Positions 25,185 to 36,856 of a stretch of DNA of 64,000 nt are shown piece after piece. How positions within the stretch are numbered: position 1 is the stretch's first letter; each line of letters opens with the position of its first letter. A program made the position numbers and the translations under genes. Location: NCBI RefSeq assembly GCF_000143415.4, contig NW_003314271.1, forward strand, positions 2,278,499-2,342,498, written 5' to 3'. The notes beneath the pieces were generated by a model. It saw only the letters and a program-made list of their open reading frames with translations. It ran no database searches and was not told where the DNA came from. The stretch comes from Selaginella moellendorffii. Its lineage: Eukaryota > Plantae > Lycopodiophyta.

Positions 25185-25449
25185 ACTCCCTCTTTTAACT
25201 ATAGACGAGTAGGCGTTCCTCAAGAACATAGCAAAGTAAGTTCGTTTTTGCCGGTGAAATTCCAGCGTTCTTCCTTGATCCGTGTCGATCTTTCGCGAAT
25301 TCCAGCGAAAAGTTTCAAACGCCGGAAGCATATTCTTGGAATCGAGTTCTAGGGTTTGTTTAGGGTTTTGGGTAAACCCAATCCGACGGTCATGGATATG
25401 GACTATCGTTTGAAATCTTTGGGGAGAGGAGGAATGGGCGCAAAGCGCG

Positions 25450-25818
25450 ATGGTGGCGCCGAAAATGCCCAGCTTCGAGGACGGGGAGATCGGGGAGAAC
25501 GGCGAGGATCCCAGGGACGCGCGCGTCAAGAAGGTCTTGATCTTCAAGACCACGGGCGAGATCATCTCCTCGTACGATCGGCTCGAGAGCAAGCTGTTCG
25601 CGCTGGGGTGGCACCGATACACCGGCGAGCTCGAGCCCATGCTCGCGTTCGATCGCGAGAGGAAGCAGTACTTCCATCCAAAGCCCGGCTCCTGTTTCAT
25701 CAGCCTGCCCCTGGATTTCGACAAGCTGCGCATCATCCACCTGTACGGGATCGTCGTCCAGACGCGCACGGCGTTTGCGATCCGCGAGATCCCCCAGCCG
25801 CGGAGGAGAGGGGGATAG
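25450..25818 (+). CDS. Flowering-promoting factor 1 (FPF1)-like small protein
   Basis: KVLIFKTTGEIISSYDRLESKLFALGWHRY ... ISLPLDFDKLRIIHLYGIVV follows the FPF1 pattern (TGEvvSSY..LE..L..LGWERY ... ISLP.DF ... mYDIVV). Confidence 0.8.
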   Translation: MVAPKMPSFEDGEIGENGEDPRDARVKKVLIFKTTGEIISSYDRLESKLFALGWHRYTGELEPMLAFDRERKQYFHPKPGSCFISLPLDFDKLRIIHLYGIVVQTRTAFAIREIPQPRRRGG

Positions 25819-25855
25819 AGCTAGATTCCAGAGCTCCTAGATCATCGCTCTTCCA

Positions 25856-25955
25856 NNNNNNNNNNNNNNNNNNNNNNNNNNNNNNNNNNNNNNNNNNNNN
25901 NNNNNNNNNNNNNNNNNNNNNNNNNNNNNNNNNNNNNNNNNNNNNNNNNNNNNNN
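25856..25955. other. Assembly gap (100 N)
   Basis: Run of N. Confidence 1.
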
Positions 25956-25994
25956 CTCTCCGGACCAAGAGTAAGAGAATACACAGATTTTCTA

Positions 25995-27420
25995 CTACGT
26001 TCTCTTCCAGAGTCTTTGGAGCACTCGCATCTGCGACCTCTGGCTGGAGATTTGCTGCGAGAGATCCTCGATGGGGCGGACGTGGGCGATCTGGAACTCG
26101 CTCTCCAGGACCCGCTTGTCCAGGCGCTGGAACTCGCCGCTCACGATCCGGTCCTCCAGACCGTAAGAGGTGATGACGATGAGAGAGCCGCCGGGCGCCA
26201 GGCACGAGGCCGCCTGGGGTATGGCGATCTTGAGCGTGTTGATCTCGTCGTTCACGGCGATTCTCAGGGCCTGGAACGTTGGCAGCGCGGGATGCTCGTC
26301 CTCGAATCTCGGTGGCTTGGATCCAAGGTTTTGTTTCCTGCGATCTATAGAGAAGAAGAAATGGAAGAGCTTCGCAAAGTGAAGAAGAAGAAATGGAGGA
26401 GCTTGATCTTACCGATGAAGTTGACGAGCTGGAGCGTGGTTTTGAAGGGCCCTTTCTTGAGGCGGGTCTCGGCGATGGAGTGAGAGAGCTCTTGCCAGTG
26501 TTGCTCCTCGCCGTAGTCCCGGAGTAGTCGTCCCAGCTCGCGCTCGTTCCACGAGTTGAGAATGATCTCGGCTGTCATCCGGGAGCGTCGATCGAATCGC
26601 ATGTCCAGAGGGCCGTCCATGGTGTGGCTAAAGCCTCTCTCGGGAGTGTTAAGCTGGAAAAAAGAAAGCTTGCAAAGATGGTGGCATGGTTTTCTTTATT
26701 CTTTCCACTAGCAAGAAGAGATTATGATGCAAAAGCGAAAACCAAGAATTCAAGAGCAAAATCACTTCAAATTCATCAGGAAGAAAAACGCAAGAACTCG
26801 GAAAAAGAGTCTAAGAACCAGAACAACGTAGAAGAAAAACAAACAAATCAGCCAAGAAGAAAGTGGAGACAATGGCGCATTTTAGAGCAAGAAAGGAGGA
26901 GCAAACCAGATTCATCACAAAATCCAACCATGAAACTCAAGAAGAAGAACGGTTTCCATGCTATGCATGCCATACCTGCATTGCGGAGAGACCCAACACC
27001 ATCAAGATCCCGTCCACCCCTCGCTGGAGCAAGCCCGGATCGATCTGGTTGAGCTGGAGCTTGAGACACTTAAAGTTGACACTGGCAAAGTGGAGGCGGA
27101 GGTGGGCATTCCCCGCGGCGGCGGCTTCCAACTTGGGTCTGGCCAGCAACACCGCGTCGGGGTCTAGATCCAATCCCACAGCTTGCCGGAGCTCGGGATG
27201 GGTCCGTATGATCTGTGGAGAAAGAAAGAGAGCGATGTTTCTTTCGATCAAAAGAGAATGGAGCCATTACCTCGAACGCGTGAGCTCCGTTTCCCAGCGT
27301 GCAATCCACAAACGTTTCCAGGCGATTCGGCTTTAAGTGTTGGAGCACCGGATTGATCATCACTGGCGAGTAAATCGCTGCGAGGTTCCTGTACCATCGC
27401 TTGATCATTGTCAAGGGCAT
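25995..27420 (-). CDS. RsmH/MraW-family small-subunit rRNA m4C methyltransferase paralogue with divergent motifs
   Basis: Spliced: YSPV...FVDCTLGNGAHA|...GILMVLGLSAMQ|...ERGFS..DGPLDMRFD...YGEE...|HPALPTFQALRIAVNDE...ITSYGLEDRIV; the frame appears intact. Confidence 0.88.
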
Positions 27421-27661
27421 TAGAGATTATCTCAGCACCCTCACCAGTTTATTCGATCGATTCATCGAAACATCACCTTCTTTTCTTGGATCCAGAGAGA
27501 GAGAAGTTACAATTCGATTGCTTTCTGTCTTCTTTCTAAATCACTCGACTACCTGAGAAGAAACAAGTAACGAAGTATCTCGAAAGAGAAGCTCTAAACA
27601 CTATGATCTATGTAGAGAACTAGCTTTTACCTCGACGATTCTCATCCTCGGATGGCTCGCT

Positions 27662-29190
27662 TCACCAATCCTCGCCGAAGTATTTCTTCCTCATGTCGTC
27701 GATGATGGTGCGTGGCCGTCCTTCGCCATAAGTTCCACCCGCGTACTTGGTCGCTCCAGGCAGCGGCTTGGGAGGATTGTTTGGATCCATGTTGGGATAG
27801 TTTCCATTAGCGTCGCGGTACCAAGGATTCGGAACAGTCGGATGTGGATTCCCCCTGGGCAAGTAAACCAAGAGCGATGAGTGAAAGAAAGAAAAAGAAA
27901 AGAGAAAAAGCTGCACCTGCGTCCTCCTCCAGAGTAAGATGGTGGCGGAGGAGATGAAGCGTTTGGATTCGGCCAAGTCTTTCCAGCTCGGGGATTCGTG
28001 TTGAAGTTACCACCGCTACCGCCGAATGGAGGGCTCGACGAGTTGTTGCTTGCACCGGCTTGATTCCCATACGGTGGCATGTTTGTGTTCACGGCCCCGC
28101 CAGCATAAGGATTGCCTCCACTGTTGTTGAGAGAACCATACGGAGGAATGCCGCTGCTATTGCTGCTGTTGTTGGTGTTGCTGGAAGAACCAAAGGGAGG
28201 GATGGAGCTGCTATTGTTGTTGTTGATGTTGCTGGAAGAACCATTGGGAGGGATGGAGCTGCTACTGTTGTTGTTGTTCATGCTGTTGGAAGAACCGAAG
28301 GGAGGGATTGAGCTGCTACTGTTGTTAAAGTTGCTGGAAGATCCACCAAAGGATCCACTGTTGTTGCTCGGAGGAGATCCATACGGAGGAACCGAGGTGG
28401 TGGAGTTGCTTGATCCACCGTATGGAGGCATTGATCCGCTGTTGTTGCTCGGAGAAGATCCATAGGGAGGGGTGGAGTTGCCTGATCCACCATAGGGAGG
28501 GATTGATCCGCTACTGTTGCTTGGAAAAGGAACCGAGGTGGTGGAGTTGCTTGATCGAGGAACATTCCCGGCTCCACCGCCATAAGGACCTCCGTATGAA
28601 GGAGGAGTCGAGCTAGAGCCCCCGTTACCGTATGGAGGAATCGAGCTTGATCCTCCTCCCATGCCGTAGCCACTAGAAGGAGATCCGCCGCCACTGTATG
28701 GAGGAGCCGAGCTAGAACCTCCGCCACCGTATGGAGGAGCTGAGCTAACGCCGTAGCCACCGCCACCGCCACCTCCACCAGAAGGAGGAGATCCTCCGCC
28801 ACCATATGGTGGAGCCGCGCTAGAGCCTCCGCCAACGCCGTAGCTACCGCCACCTCCACCAGAAGGAGGAGAGCCTCCGCCACCGTATGGTGGCGCCGCG
28901 CTTCCTCCACCAGGAGTCGAGCCACCACCGCCGCCAACGCCATATCCTCCAGCACTGTAGCCACCGTTACCTCCACCGCCGCCCTGTGGGGGAGGGCTCA
29001 CGCCATAGCCGCCCCCAACCCCATAGCCACCGCCGCCTCCGCCAGGCACAGAACCATTACCTCCATCGCTGTTGAAAGTGGAATTGTGATGAACGAGCAC
29101 CAATGCCGATGGATTGGCGATCTTGGAAGCCGCCGCGCTACCGCCACAGAGCTTCCCAGCGCCCAAGACGATCAGCCGCCTCGCCGCCAT
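27662..29190 (-). CDS. Gly/Ser/Pro/Tyr/Asn-rich low-complexity protein (GRP-A), about 488 aa, mitochondrial-like presequence, 2 exons
   Basis: ATG 29190 (MAARRLIVLGAGKL...); long open (S/I)PPYGG repeat exon; intron 27916-27855 with a strong pyrimidine tract; last exon ends RTIIDDMRKKYFGEDW*. Confidence 0.8.
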
Positions 29191-29270
29191 CGCTCGCTCG
29201 CTGCTGGCCAAAAACCCTACACCCTATACCCTAAACCTCAAACTCTTGCAAGCTTGGACGAGGCTTTCTT

Positions 29271-30605
29271 TCATCGGCATAGCCGCTGGATCACTCGCAT
29301 TTTGGCGCTCCTACACCGGGAGTTTTTCTCGATCTCCGCGGCGTCGGCCGTGATCGGGCTCGTGGTGAGCAGCATGAACGCCAAGTCCACCTTGTCGAAC
29401 ACCAGCGACAGCTCCTTGAACTGGTACTTGACGATGCGATCCTCGAGGCTGTGGAAAGAAATCACCGCCAGGCGACCACCGGGAGCCAGGCAGCTGCTCG
29501 CTTGTCCGATCGCGGACCTCAGTGACTTGAGCTCGTCGTTCACGGCGATTCTTAGCGCTTGGAACGTCCGAGCTGCCGGGTGCCTGGCTCTCTTGAATCT
29601 CCCTGCCGGTAGGAGAGAAGTAAGATATGAGTTCCACGAGTGGTGTGTGTAAAGCCTTACCTGAAGTGAATCTTCCTCCAACAACGCTGGCGAGATCTTT
29701 CGTTGTTTTGATCCCGCCGTTGAGCCGCGCGTCCACGATCCGGCTCGCCAGGAACTTCCACCGCATCTCCTCGCCATACTCTCGCAAGATGCGGCCAATC
29801 TCAGCGGCGGACCAGTTGTTGCAAATGGCTTCCGCGGTGAGCCCAAGAACATCCTGCAAGCAAGTTCCCGTGAGATCTCTATCACGATGAAGAAATAGAC
29901 TTACACTCGAATCCATTCTCATGTCCAGAGGTCCATCCAAGTAGTAGCTAAAGCCTCGCTCGGGAGCGTCAACCTGGAAAAGGAAGTGAAAACTAGAAAG
30001 ATTGGCATTCACGGCTTACCTGCATTGACGAAAGTCCCAGGTCCAAAAGAATCCCATCGAAGCCCCGCTCCAAGAGCTCAGGATTTCGTTCTTTGAGATC
30101 CTTCTTCATGTTCTTAAAATTGGCATGGAAAAGATCCACCTTCGCCATGCTACCTGAGAGATCGCTTAATCTTTGTCTCGCCAGCTTGAGCGCGCAGGGA
30201 TCAACGTCCATTCCCACGAACGTCTCCAGCTCTGGATGCGCTTGGATAATCTTTGCAAGGATGGAGTGTAATTCACTACCATTTCTCTATTGACAATCGA
30301 GTTGTTACCTCGAAAGCATGGCCTCCAGCTCCCACAGTGCAATCCAAGAAGGTTTTGACGCTTCTTCCTTCGAAATGCTCCAGGAATTGCCTCACCAGGA
30401 CGGGCGTGTGCGGCAATCTCTTCTTCTCCCCAGATTGAGGAGTGAAATCCTCCTCGACCTCGGACTCCAAGCTCGCAGCAGCGGCGGCAAGGCTCCTGAA
30501 TCCCCTCCGCTGCAAAATCGAGGCGCTCGCGACCGCTAGCAATCCAATCCGGCAAACCCTAGCGCTTCCAACCGTTGGAGACACGAAGGGAGAACAATGC
30601 AGCAT
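29271..30605 (-). CDS. rsmH: RsmH/MraW small-subunit rRNA m4C methyltransferase, canonical, with organellar transit peptide
   Basis: HTPV, DCTVGAGGHA, DLGLSSMQ, DGPLDMRMD, HPAARTFQALRIAVNDEL, ISFHSLEDRIVK and RSAKMR motifs are all present. Confidence 0.93.
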
Positions 30606-30801
30606 CTCCCAAGAACCCTAGCGAGGTAAAACTCCTCGTATGAATGGTAAAGGAAAAACTAAAAAAGATTCTTACAAGCGGATGCCGACGAGATGCCTCT
30701 TTATTTGACTGGTTCTATGATATTTGAGGGCATCGATTCCTCACATTGAAGCGCCCACATTCTTCTCGTGCTGTCGATCCATCCATCCTCGGCTTTTTCC
30801 A

Positions 30802-31559
30802 ATGTGGACTCTAATGTGGGGGCTTTCGATCGTCGCATCGGCGCTGGCGCTGGCGATAGCGCTCTCCAATCCCGCGGCAGCATTCGCGGGATCTAGAGCG
30901 CAAAACTCCGAATCGGTAAGCGTTTTTTCTTGAAGTAGCAATCCCTTTCCTCTCGATCTCTTGTTCTAAGCCCTGGCCGATATTTCGCTCTGGATCTTCC
31001 TCTCTTTCTCGATCTCTTCTCTCTCGGTTGTCTGTCTGGATATCTTTCGATCGATATTTCGGTCTCTCTTCTCCACTTCTTGGACAATCCTTTCGAAATT
31101 CCTCATCGTCTCGGTGTGTTCCAGCTCGGGAACTGTGTCTACACGATCTACGTGCGCACCGGCAGCATCTTCAAGGGCGGATCCGACGCCAACATGAGCG
31201 TGGAGCTCATCGACACCTACAACAACAGCCTGACCATCGACAACATCGAGACATGGGGCGGATTGATGCCGAGCGGCTGGAACTACTTCGAGCGCGGCAA
31301 TCTAGACGTGTTTAGCGGCCGCGGCTCCTGCCTGAGCACCACCCCTTGCAAGCTCGTCCTCACCTCGGATGGATCCGGCAGCCACCACGGCTGGTACGTC
31401 AACTACGCCGAGGTGAGCATCACGGGCCCGCATCTCGGCTGCTCCCAGCGCCTCTTCACCATCGAGCAGTGGCTCGCCACGGACACCTCTCCGTACGAGC
31501 TCTCCGCCACCGTCGATAAGTGCCAGGGCAACGGCGATCCAAGCATCCAGCAAGCCTAG
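30802..31559 (+). CDS. Secreted PLAT/LH2-domain protein (PLAT1-like), 2 exons
   Basis: Signal-peptide exon 30802-30915; exon 2 from 31125: CVYTIYVRTGSIFKGGSD...YFERGNLDVFSGRG...GWYVNY...QWLATDTSPYEL. Confidence 0.9.
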
Positions 31560-31805
31560 TACGGAACTCTCCGTGGATAAGGTATATCCCTGCGAATGTG
31601 CCAGTTTTTTAAATAACGACAAACGCGGGAATCGAAAAGCCCAGGTTTAGGTCAACGTGGCGCAAGAGTATATGCGCCGGATCCTGGGGATATTTTGAGA
31701 ATATCCCCGTGGGAAAAGGTCACGGGAAAAGTGCTATAAAGAAGCGAGGGTTCTTATCCTAAAGAAGCGCGCATCAGAAAAACCCTACCTAGCTAGAGAA
31801 AAGGA

Positions 31806-32180
31806 ATGGCGGCGATCGCGAGCTTCGTCCCAGTTGCGTCGATCCGCGCTCGTGGTAGTGAGCAGAGAATTAGATCTTCCTCTCCATCTTTGTCTGTGGC
31901 TTCTTCGTCCTCACAAAAGGATGCAGTGATGGATCTGATTAGCAGCAGCACCGCAAAGGGCAAGGCGTGGTGGAGTCCTCTCTTCAATTTCTCCTCCTCG
32001 TCGCAGCAGCAGGACTGGGCTGCGCAAGACGATGCCAAAGAACTCGCTCCAAATGTAGATCTAGCAGCCAAGAACACCTCGGACAAATTCAGGATTCTTC
32101 GCCAGCGGCTTAAGGGCTTGGATGCCCACCACGACACGATGTACCACTCCTCGATCGCCTCGCGCCTGGCCACGCAATAG
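31806..32180 (+). CDS. Small conserved plant protein of unknown function
   Basis: WWSPLF and C-terminal HDTMYHSSIASRLA motifs; TATAAA at about 31735 and an ACGTGG box at about 31655 upstream. Confidence 0.8.
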   Translation: MAAIASFVPVASIRARGSEQRIRSSSPSLSVASSSSQKDAVMDLISSSTAKGKAWWSPLFNFSSSSQQQDWAAQDDAKELAPNVDLAAKNTSDKFRILRQRLKGLDAHHDTMYHSSIASRLATQ

Positions 32181-32394
32181 AAATCGTGGCGAATGGAATT
32201 CCATTGTGAATACCTTGTCTTTGTTGTTCTTCCCTCTTCTCCAAACGGAGAAATGTAACATACTGGAAACCCTGTTCTTGGAATTATGGAGTGGAATTTG
32301 TGTGATTTTTTAGTGAATCTGCTTGCACGGAAGTCCATCGAGATGAAAAAGGTAGTGAATAGTGGCCTCGATCGAGCGAGCACGAGCGTGCGAT

Positions 32395-32991
32395 ATGGGT
32401 CGATCTCTATCCCTTGTTCTTGGCCTTGTTCTTGGGTTTTTGGTGCGATTCGCAGCGAGCGCGGCACTCTACAAGGTGGGCGACAATCTGGGCTGGAATC
32501 TCAACGTGAATTACACGCAATGGGCGGCCAAGTACCCGTTCGCATTGGGCGATAGCGTCGGTAAGAGCTCTTCGCGAATGATAAGAGGAATCCGAGCGAT
32601 TCCCATTCCATGGGCAGTCTTTGATTGATCTTGGGTTTCGGGAACAGTGTTTGTTTTCAGCGGATCTCACTCGGTGCTGATGGTGAACGAGATCGATTAC
32701 GTGCTGTGCAACATTCACAATCCAGTCCAGAGCTTGTTGAGCGGGCGGGCGATCACCCTGGCAGCGCGCAAGAACTTTTTCATCTGCGGGATCCCGGGGC
32801 ATTGCATCACGGGCATGAAAGTGGCGATCTATGCGTCAGTGGCCTCCAGTTCGCAATCGGTAGCATCAGATTTCTCGTCGCCCTCGTCGTCCGCCCGGTC
32901 TTCTTTCCCAGATTTTGGGCCGCGTCACGGGCCCGCTCTTCCCACGAGTTTGGGGCTTTTGGCTCTAATCTTCTTGCTGCTTGTGATCTAG
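32395..32991 (+). CDS. Phytocyanin (plastocyanin-like blue copper protein), probably GPI-anchored, 2 exons
   Basis: Signal peptide, YKVGDNLGW, HSV, FICGIPGHCITGMKV (H, C, H, M ligands), Ser-rich linker and hydrophobic C-terminus. Confidence 0.9.
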
Positions 32992-33300
32992 ATCGAAAAA
33001 AAAGGCGAGATCATCGAGAGAATGGCCGAGAATGCGTGAGGATTCACGCTTGCCAACGGCACAGCATCTGGGAGTCACACTAAACGATAAACAAAAAGGG
33101 AGAGAGCTTTCTTCCTTTAGTCAACTCTAGGCAACCTTTTAGGGCTAGTCAACAACAGTTTGACTATAGAATCAACTCTGGATATTCCCAATCCAGATAT
33201 TTGTAAAACCCTTGATGTGGAGCACTCGTGTGCCTTGAATGAAAGATCTCGCCCAGACGGGCTTTGGATGAGCGACGGAGGATTGGATTAGGGCAAAGGA

Positions 33301-36300
33301 ATGGCGAGCGTCCTTGGCAGCATTGCCTCCGCGTCGCCAGCGCCATCGTCGGCGGCAGCGTCCAAGCTCGGGAGCGCCGGCGTCTTCAGCAAGACTGTGA
33401 GTTTCCCGCTGCTAGGGCCGCCAATCGTAATCCTCCGGCATTCTTCCTCCGCGGCCCCTGCCAAGATCGTTTGCCTGGGCAATGGCGCCGGTAGCAAGCC
33501 CCTCTTGGCTAGCTTGTCCGGGTTTACTGTCACCAGCGACAGTCCATCATTCTCGGCAGGGAATGCGAGCGCGAGCGAGGAGCTCGCTATTGCGAGCTTG
33601 GGCATCGACAGCAGGATTGTGGACGCCCTTGCCAAGAGGGGCATTGTGAATTTGTTTCCTATCCAGGTATGTGAGATCTAATTCTCTACGTCGTTAAGTT
33701 TCATTGTTTCGTTCCAGAGAGCTGTCTTTCAACCGGCAATGCAAGGACTCGATCTCATCGCTCGTGCCAAGACAGGAACTGGCAAGACGCTGGCCTTTGG
33801 GATTCCAATCCTGGATAACATATCGAGGGAAAAGAGTAGTATGCAATTCAGGTGAGCCTGACATCGTACTACACAATGCTTGATTTTGTTTTTCTTTGAA
33901 TCCAGACCAGCGGGAACTCCACGAGCAATCATTCTGGCACCAACTAGGGAGCTCGCGAAACAAGTTGAGAACGAGCTTGTGCTCGCAGCTCCACACTTAT
34001 CTGTGGTTTGCATCTATGGTGGTGTTAGTATCGAAGGCCAACGAAGGCAACTAGCATCCAGTGTTGAAGTGGTGGTGGGAACTCCCGGCCGAGTCATCGA
34101 CATGCTTGAGAGGGGCGACTTGAGACTGAACGAAGTAAAGTTTGCGATCCTGGATGAAGCGGATCAGATGCTTGCTGTTGGTTTTGCCGAGGAGGTCGAG
34201 AGAATCATGCAAAAGTTGCCGCTTCAGCGTCACACCATGCTTTTCTCCGCGACAATGCCGAGCTGGATAAGGAACTTAACAAGCAAGTATCTTAAGAATC
34301 CAACAATGATAGACCTGGTAAGTGTATCATTTGACTTGTTCGTTTTCTGACACCGAAGAACAGGTCGGTGAAAATGAGGATAAAGTTGCTGAAGGAATCA
34401 AGCTCTATGCAGTTTCTACAAATGACCTCGCCAAAAACAAACTTCTGGCCGATCTTCTCACGGTTTGTCGACTTTAATGACTGGGACTTGTATAAATAAT
34501 ATTTACTTACAGGTCTATGCGAAAGGAGGCAAAGCCATAGTATTCACGAAGACGAAGAGAGATACGGACGATGTTGCTGCTGTGATGAGCCGTTCCATTG
34601 GTTGTGAAGCCTTGCATGGGGATATTTCTCAGTACCAAAGAGAGAAGACCCTGAGTGGGTTCCGTGACGGGAGATTCAACGTTCTAGTCGCAACGGATGT
34701 TGCAGCTCGGGGGCTTGACATTCCAAATGTGGATCTCGTAAGTGAACTTTGTCTCTGCGAGGCCTTGTTTTAACAAGTTATTACTTTAGATTGTGCATTA
34801 CGAGGTTCCCGGAGATTCGGAAACTTTCGTTCATCGATCCGGAAGAACAGGCCGAGCGGGCAAGAAGGGGACCTGTATACTTATGTATACTCTTAATCAA
34901 AAGAGGGTCCTACGCACGATTGAAAGCGAAGTTGGCTGCAAATTTGAAGCTATAGGCCCGCCTGCGGCTGAGGATGTACTTGCCAGTTCTTCTGATCATG
35001 CGTCGGAGTCGATCAAAAGCGTGCACCCGGATCTCGCAAAGCTCTTTCTGCCTGCTGCGCAAAAACTACTGGAAGAGCAGGGCGTTACCGCTCTTGCAGC
35101 AGCTATGGCCCATGTTAGCGGTGTTACTCAACTCCCTCCGAAACGATCGCTCTTGACATACGAGGAGGTAATTAATCTTGTTCTTCTCATCGTGGAACTA
35201 ACGGTGTTCGCTGCAGGGATACATGACTTTGCAGCTGACCGGTGGAAATTTGATTGACTCAAGTGCGGTCTCGTCAGCTGTAATGCAACTTAGCTCCAAA
35301 GCAGGAATGAGCATGGGGAGAGTTACAATGCTTTCGAGTTCGACGGTATGTTTCTACCTTTCTGCATGTTTTTTCTGACCGCGTGAACAGGCCACCGGAG
35401 GGGTGTTCGATCTTCCAGAAGATCTTGCCAAGGAGATTCTTGCACTTCAAAATGTTGGAAGCAATGTTCTCACTGCCGTAAAAGTTGTAAGTACATATTT
35501 ATGTTTCTTGCTGTTTGTTCCTGACAAGAGGTTTGGCAGCTTCCCGATTTACAAGAAGACTACTTCCAGTCATCATTCAGTCGAGGAAGGAGCTTCGGTG
35601 GAGGATTTAGGAGTGGCGGATCCTCGTACGGCGGCGGTTCATCTTATGGCAACAGGGGTGGCTCGTCCTTTGGAGGCTCTTCATATGGAGGAAGTCGCAC
35701 TGGTTCCGGTTATGGTTCCTCCTCATACAACAGTGGAGGTGGTTATGGTAGAAGCGAAGGCTCGAGCTATGGGGGGTCATCCTATAACAGTGGATCCTCG
35801 TATGGCAACAGGTCAGGAAGCTATAGCTCTCCAAGCTATGGTGGAAACAACGGTTCCACTTTTGGTAACTCTTCAAACTACGGTGGATCTGGATCGTGGT
35901 CCAACTCCAACAGCAGGGACGCTGGCTACGGTTCCAACAGCAGGGATGCTGGCTACGCCACTGGCTCTTCCACTGGCTTTGGTGGAAATGCTGGTTCCTC
36001 CACAGGCCACGGCGGGACTGGCTACGGTGGAACCTCCGGTTCATCCACTGGATACAATGGAGCTGGCTTTGGTGCAAGTTCTGGTTCCTCCACTGGCTAT
36101 GGTGGAACGTCTTCATCTACTGGATATGGTGGAACGTCTCCATCCACTGGATACGGTGGAACGTCTTCTAGTGGTTTCGGAGGGAACTCGTCGACAGGAT
36201 TTGGAGGAAATTCGTCGAGTGGCTTTGGAGAAACATCATTTGGTGGAGCTCGAGGCTACAATGCCAACCCGACGACTCCCAACGCAGGGACTGACTATGG

Positions 36301-36856
36301 CTGGAGGAAAGGTGCCGGGAGCTCGGGAGGATCAACCGGTGCCACAACTCCTTCATACGGAGGAGGATATCCTCCTCCTTTTTCAACCGGAGGAGGATAT
36401 CCTCCTCCATCTCAACCTGGCTATGGTGCGTCGGCTGGGAACACTGGCTATGGAACTTCCGGCAACTACGGTTATGGCAATTCTCCTTCGGCTACTGGGA
36501 CTACCTACGGCTATGGCAACTCTGCCTCCACCAACAATGCTAGTGGCGGCTACGGTGGAAATCCCGGCAATGGGTATGGTTCAAGCACATCGAACACAGG
36601 AACAGGATTTTCGTCTGGGGGTGGTGGCTATGGAGGCTCTCAAAGCTCGTATGGATCCAGTCAAGCCCCTTCCTCGTATGGCTATGGTGGCAACCCGTCC
36701 CAAGGTGGCGGCTATGGCTCCAGCGGCTATGGAGCGGCTTCTCAAAACTCTCCCGGGTATGGCCGCGATTATAACGCGCGTGACCAGAATTCTTCTCGTG
36801 GCTATGAAGCTGGAAACTCGACTCCAAACGATCAAGGTGATCGTCAAACGAGCTGA
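33301..36856 (+). CDS. DEAD-box RNA helicase, RH3-like (plastid type, GUCT-like region), with a 438-aa Gly/Ser/Tyr-rich last exon
   Basis: Transit peptide; [29 protein letters not shown] and [10 protein letters not shown] motifs; GYMTLQL and VFDLPE; last exon 35540-36856 ([22 protein letters not shown]...DRQTS*). Confidence 0.92.

Noticed and set aside
27662-29190. GRP-A as a MORF/RIP editing factor or a cell-wall glycine-rich protein
   Set aside because: No MORF box, no RRM and no clear hydrophobic signal peptide; only the low-complexity composition is similar.
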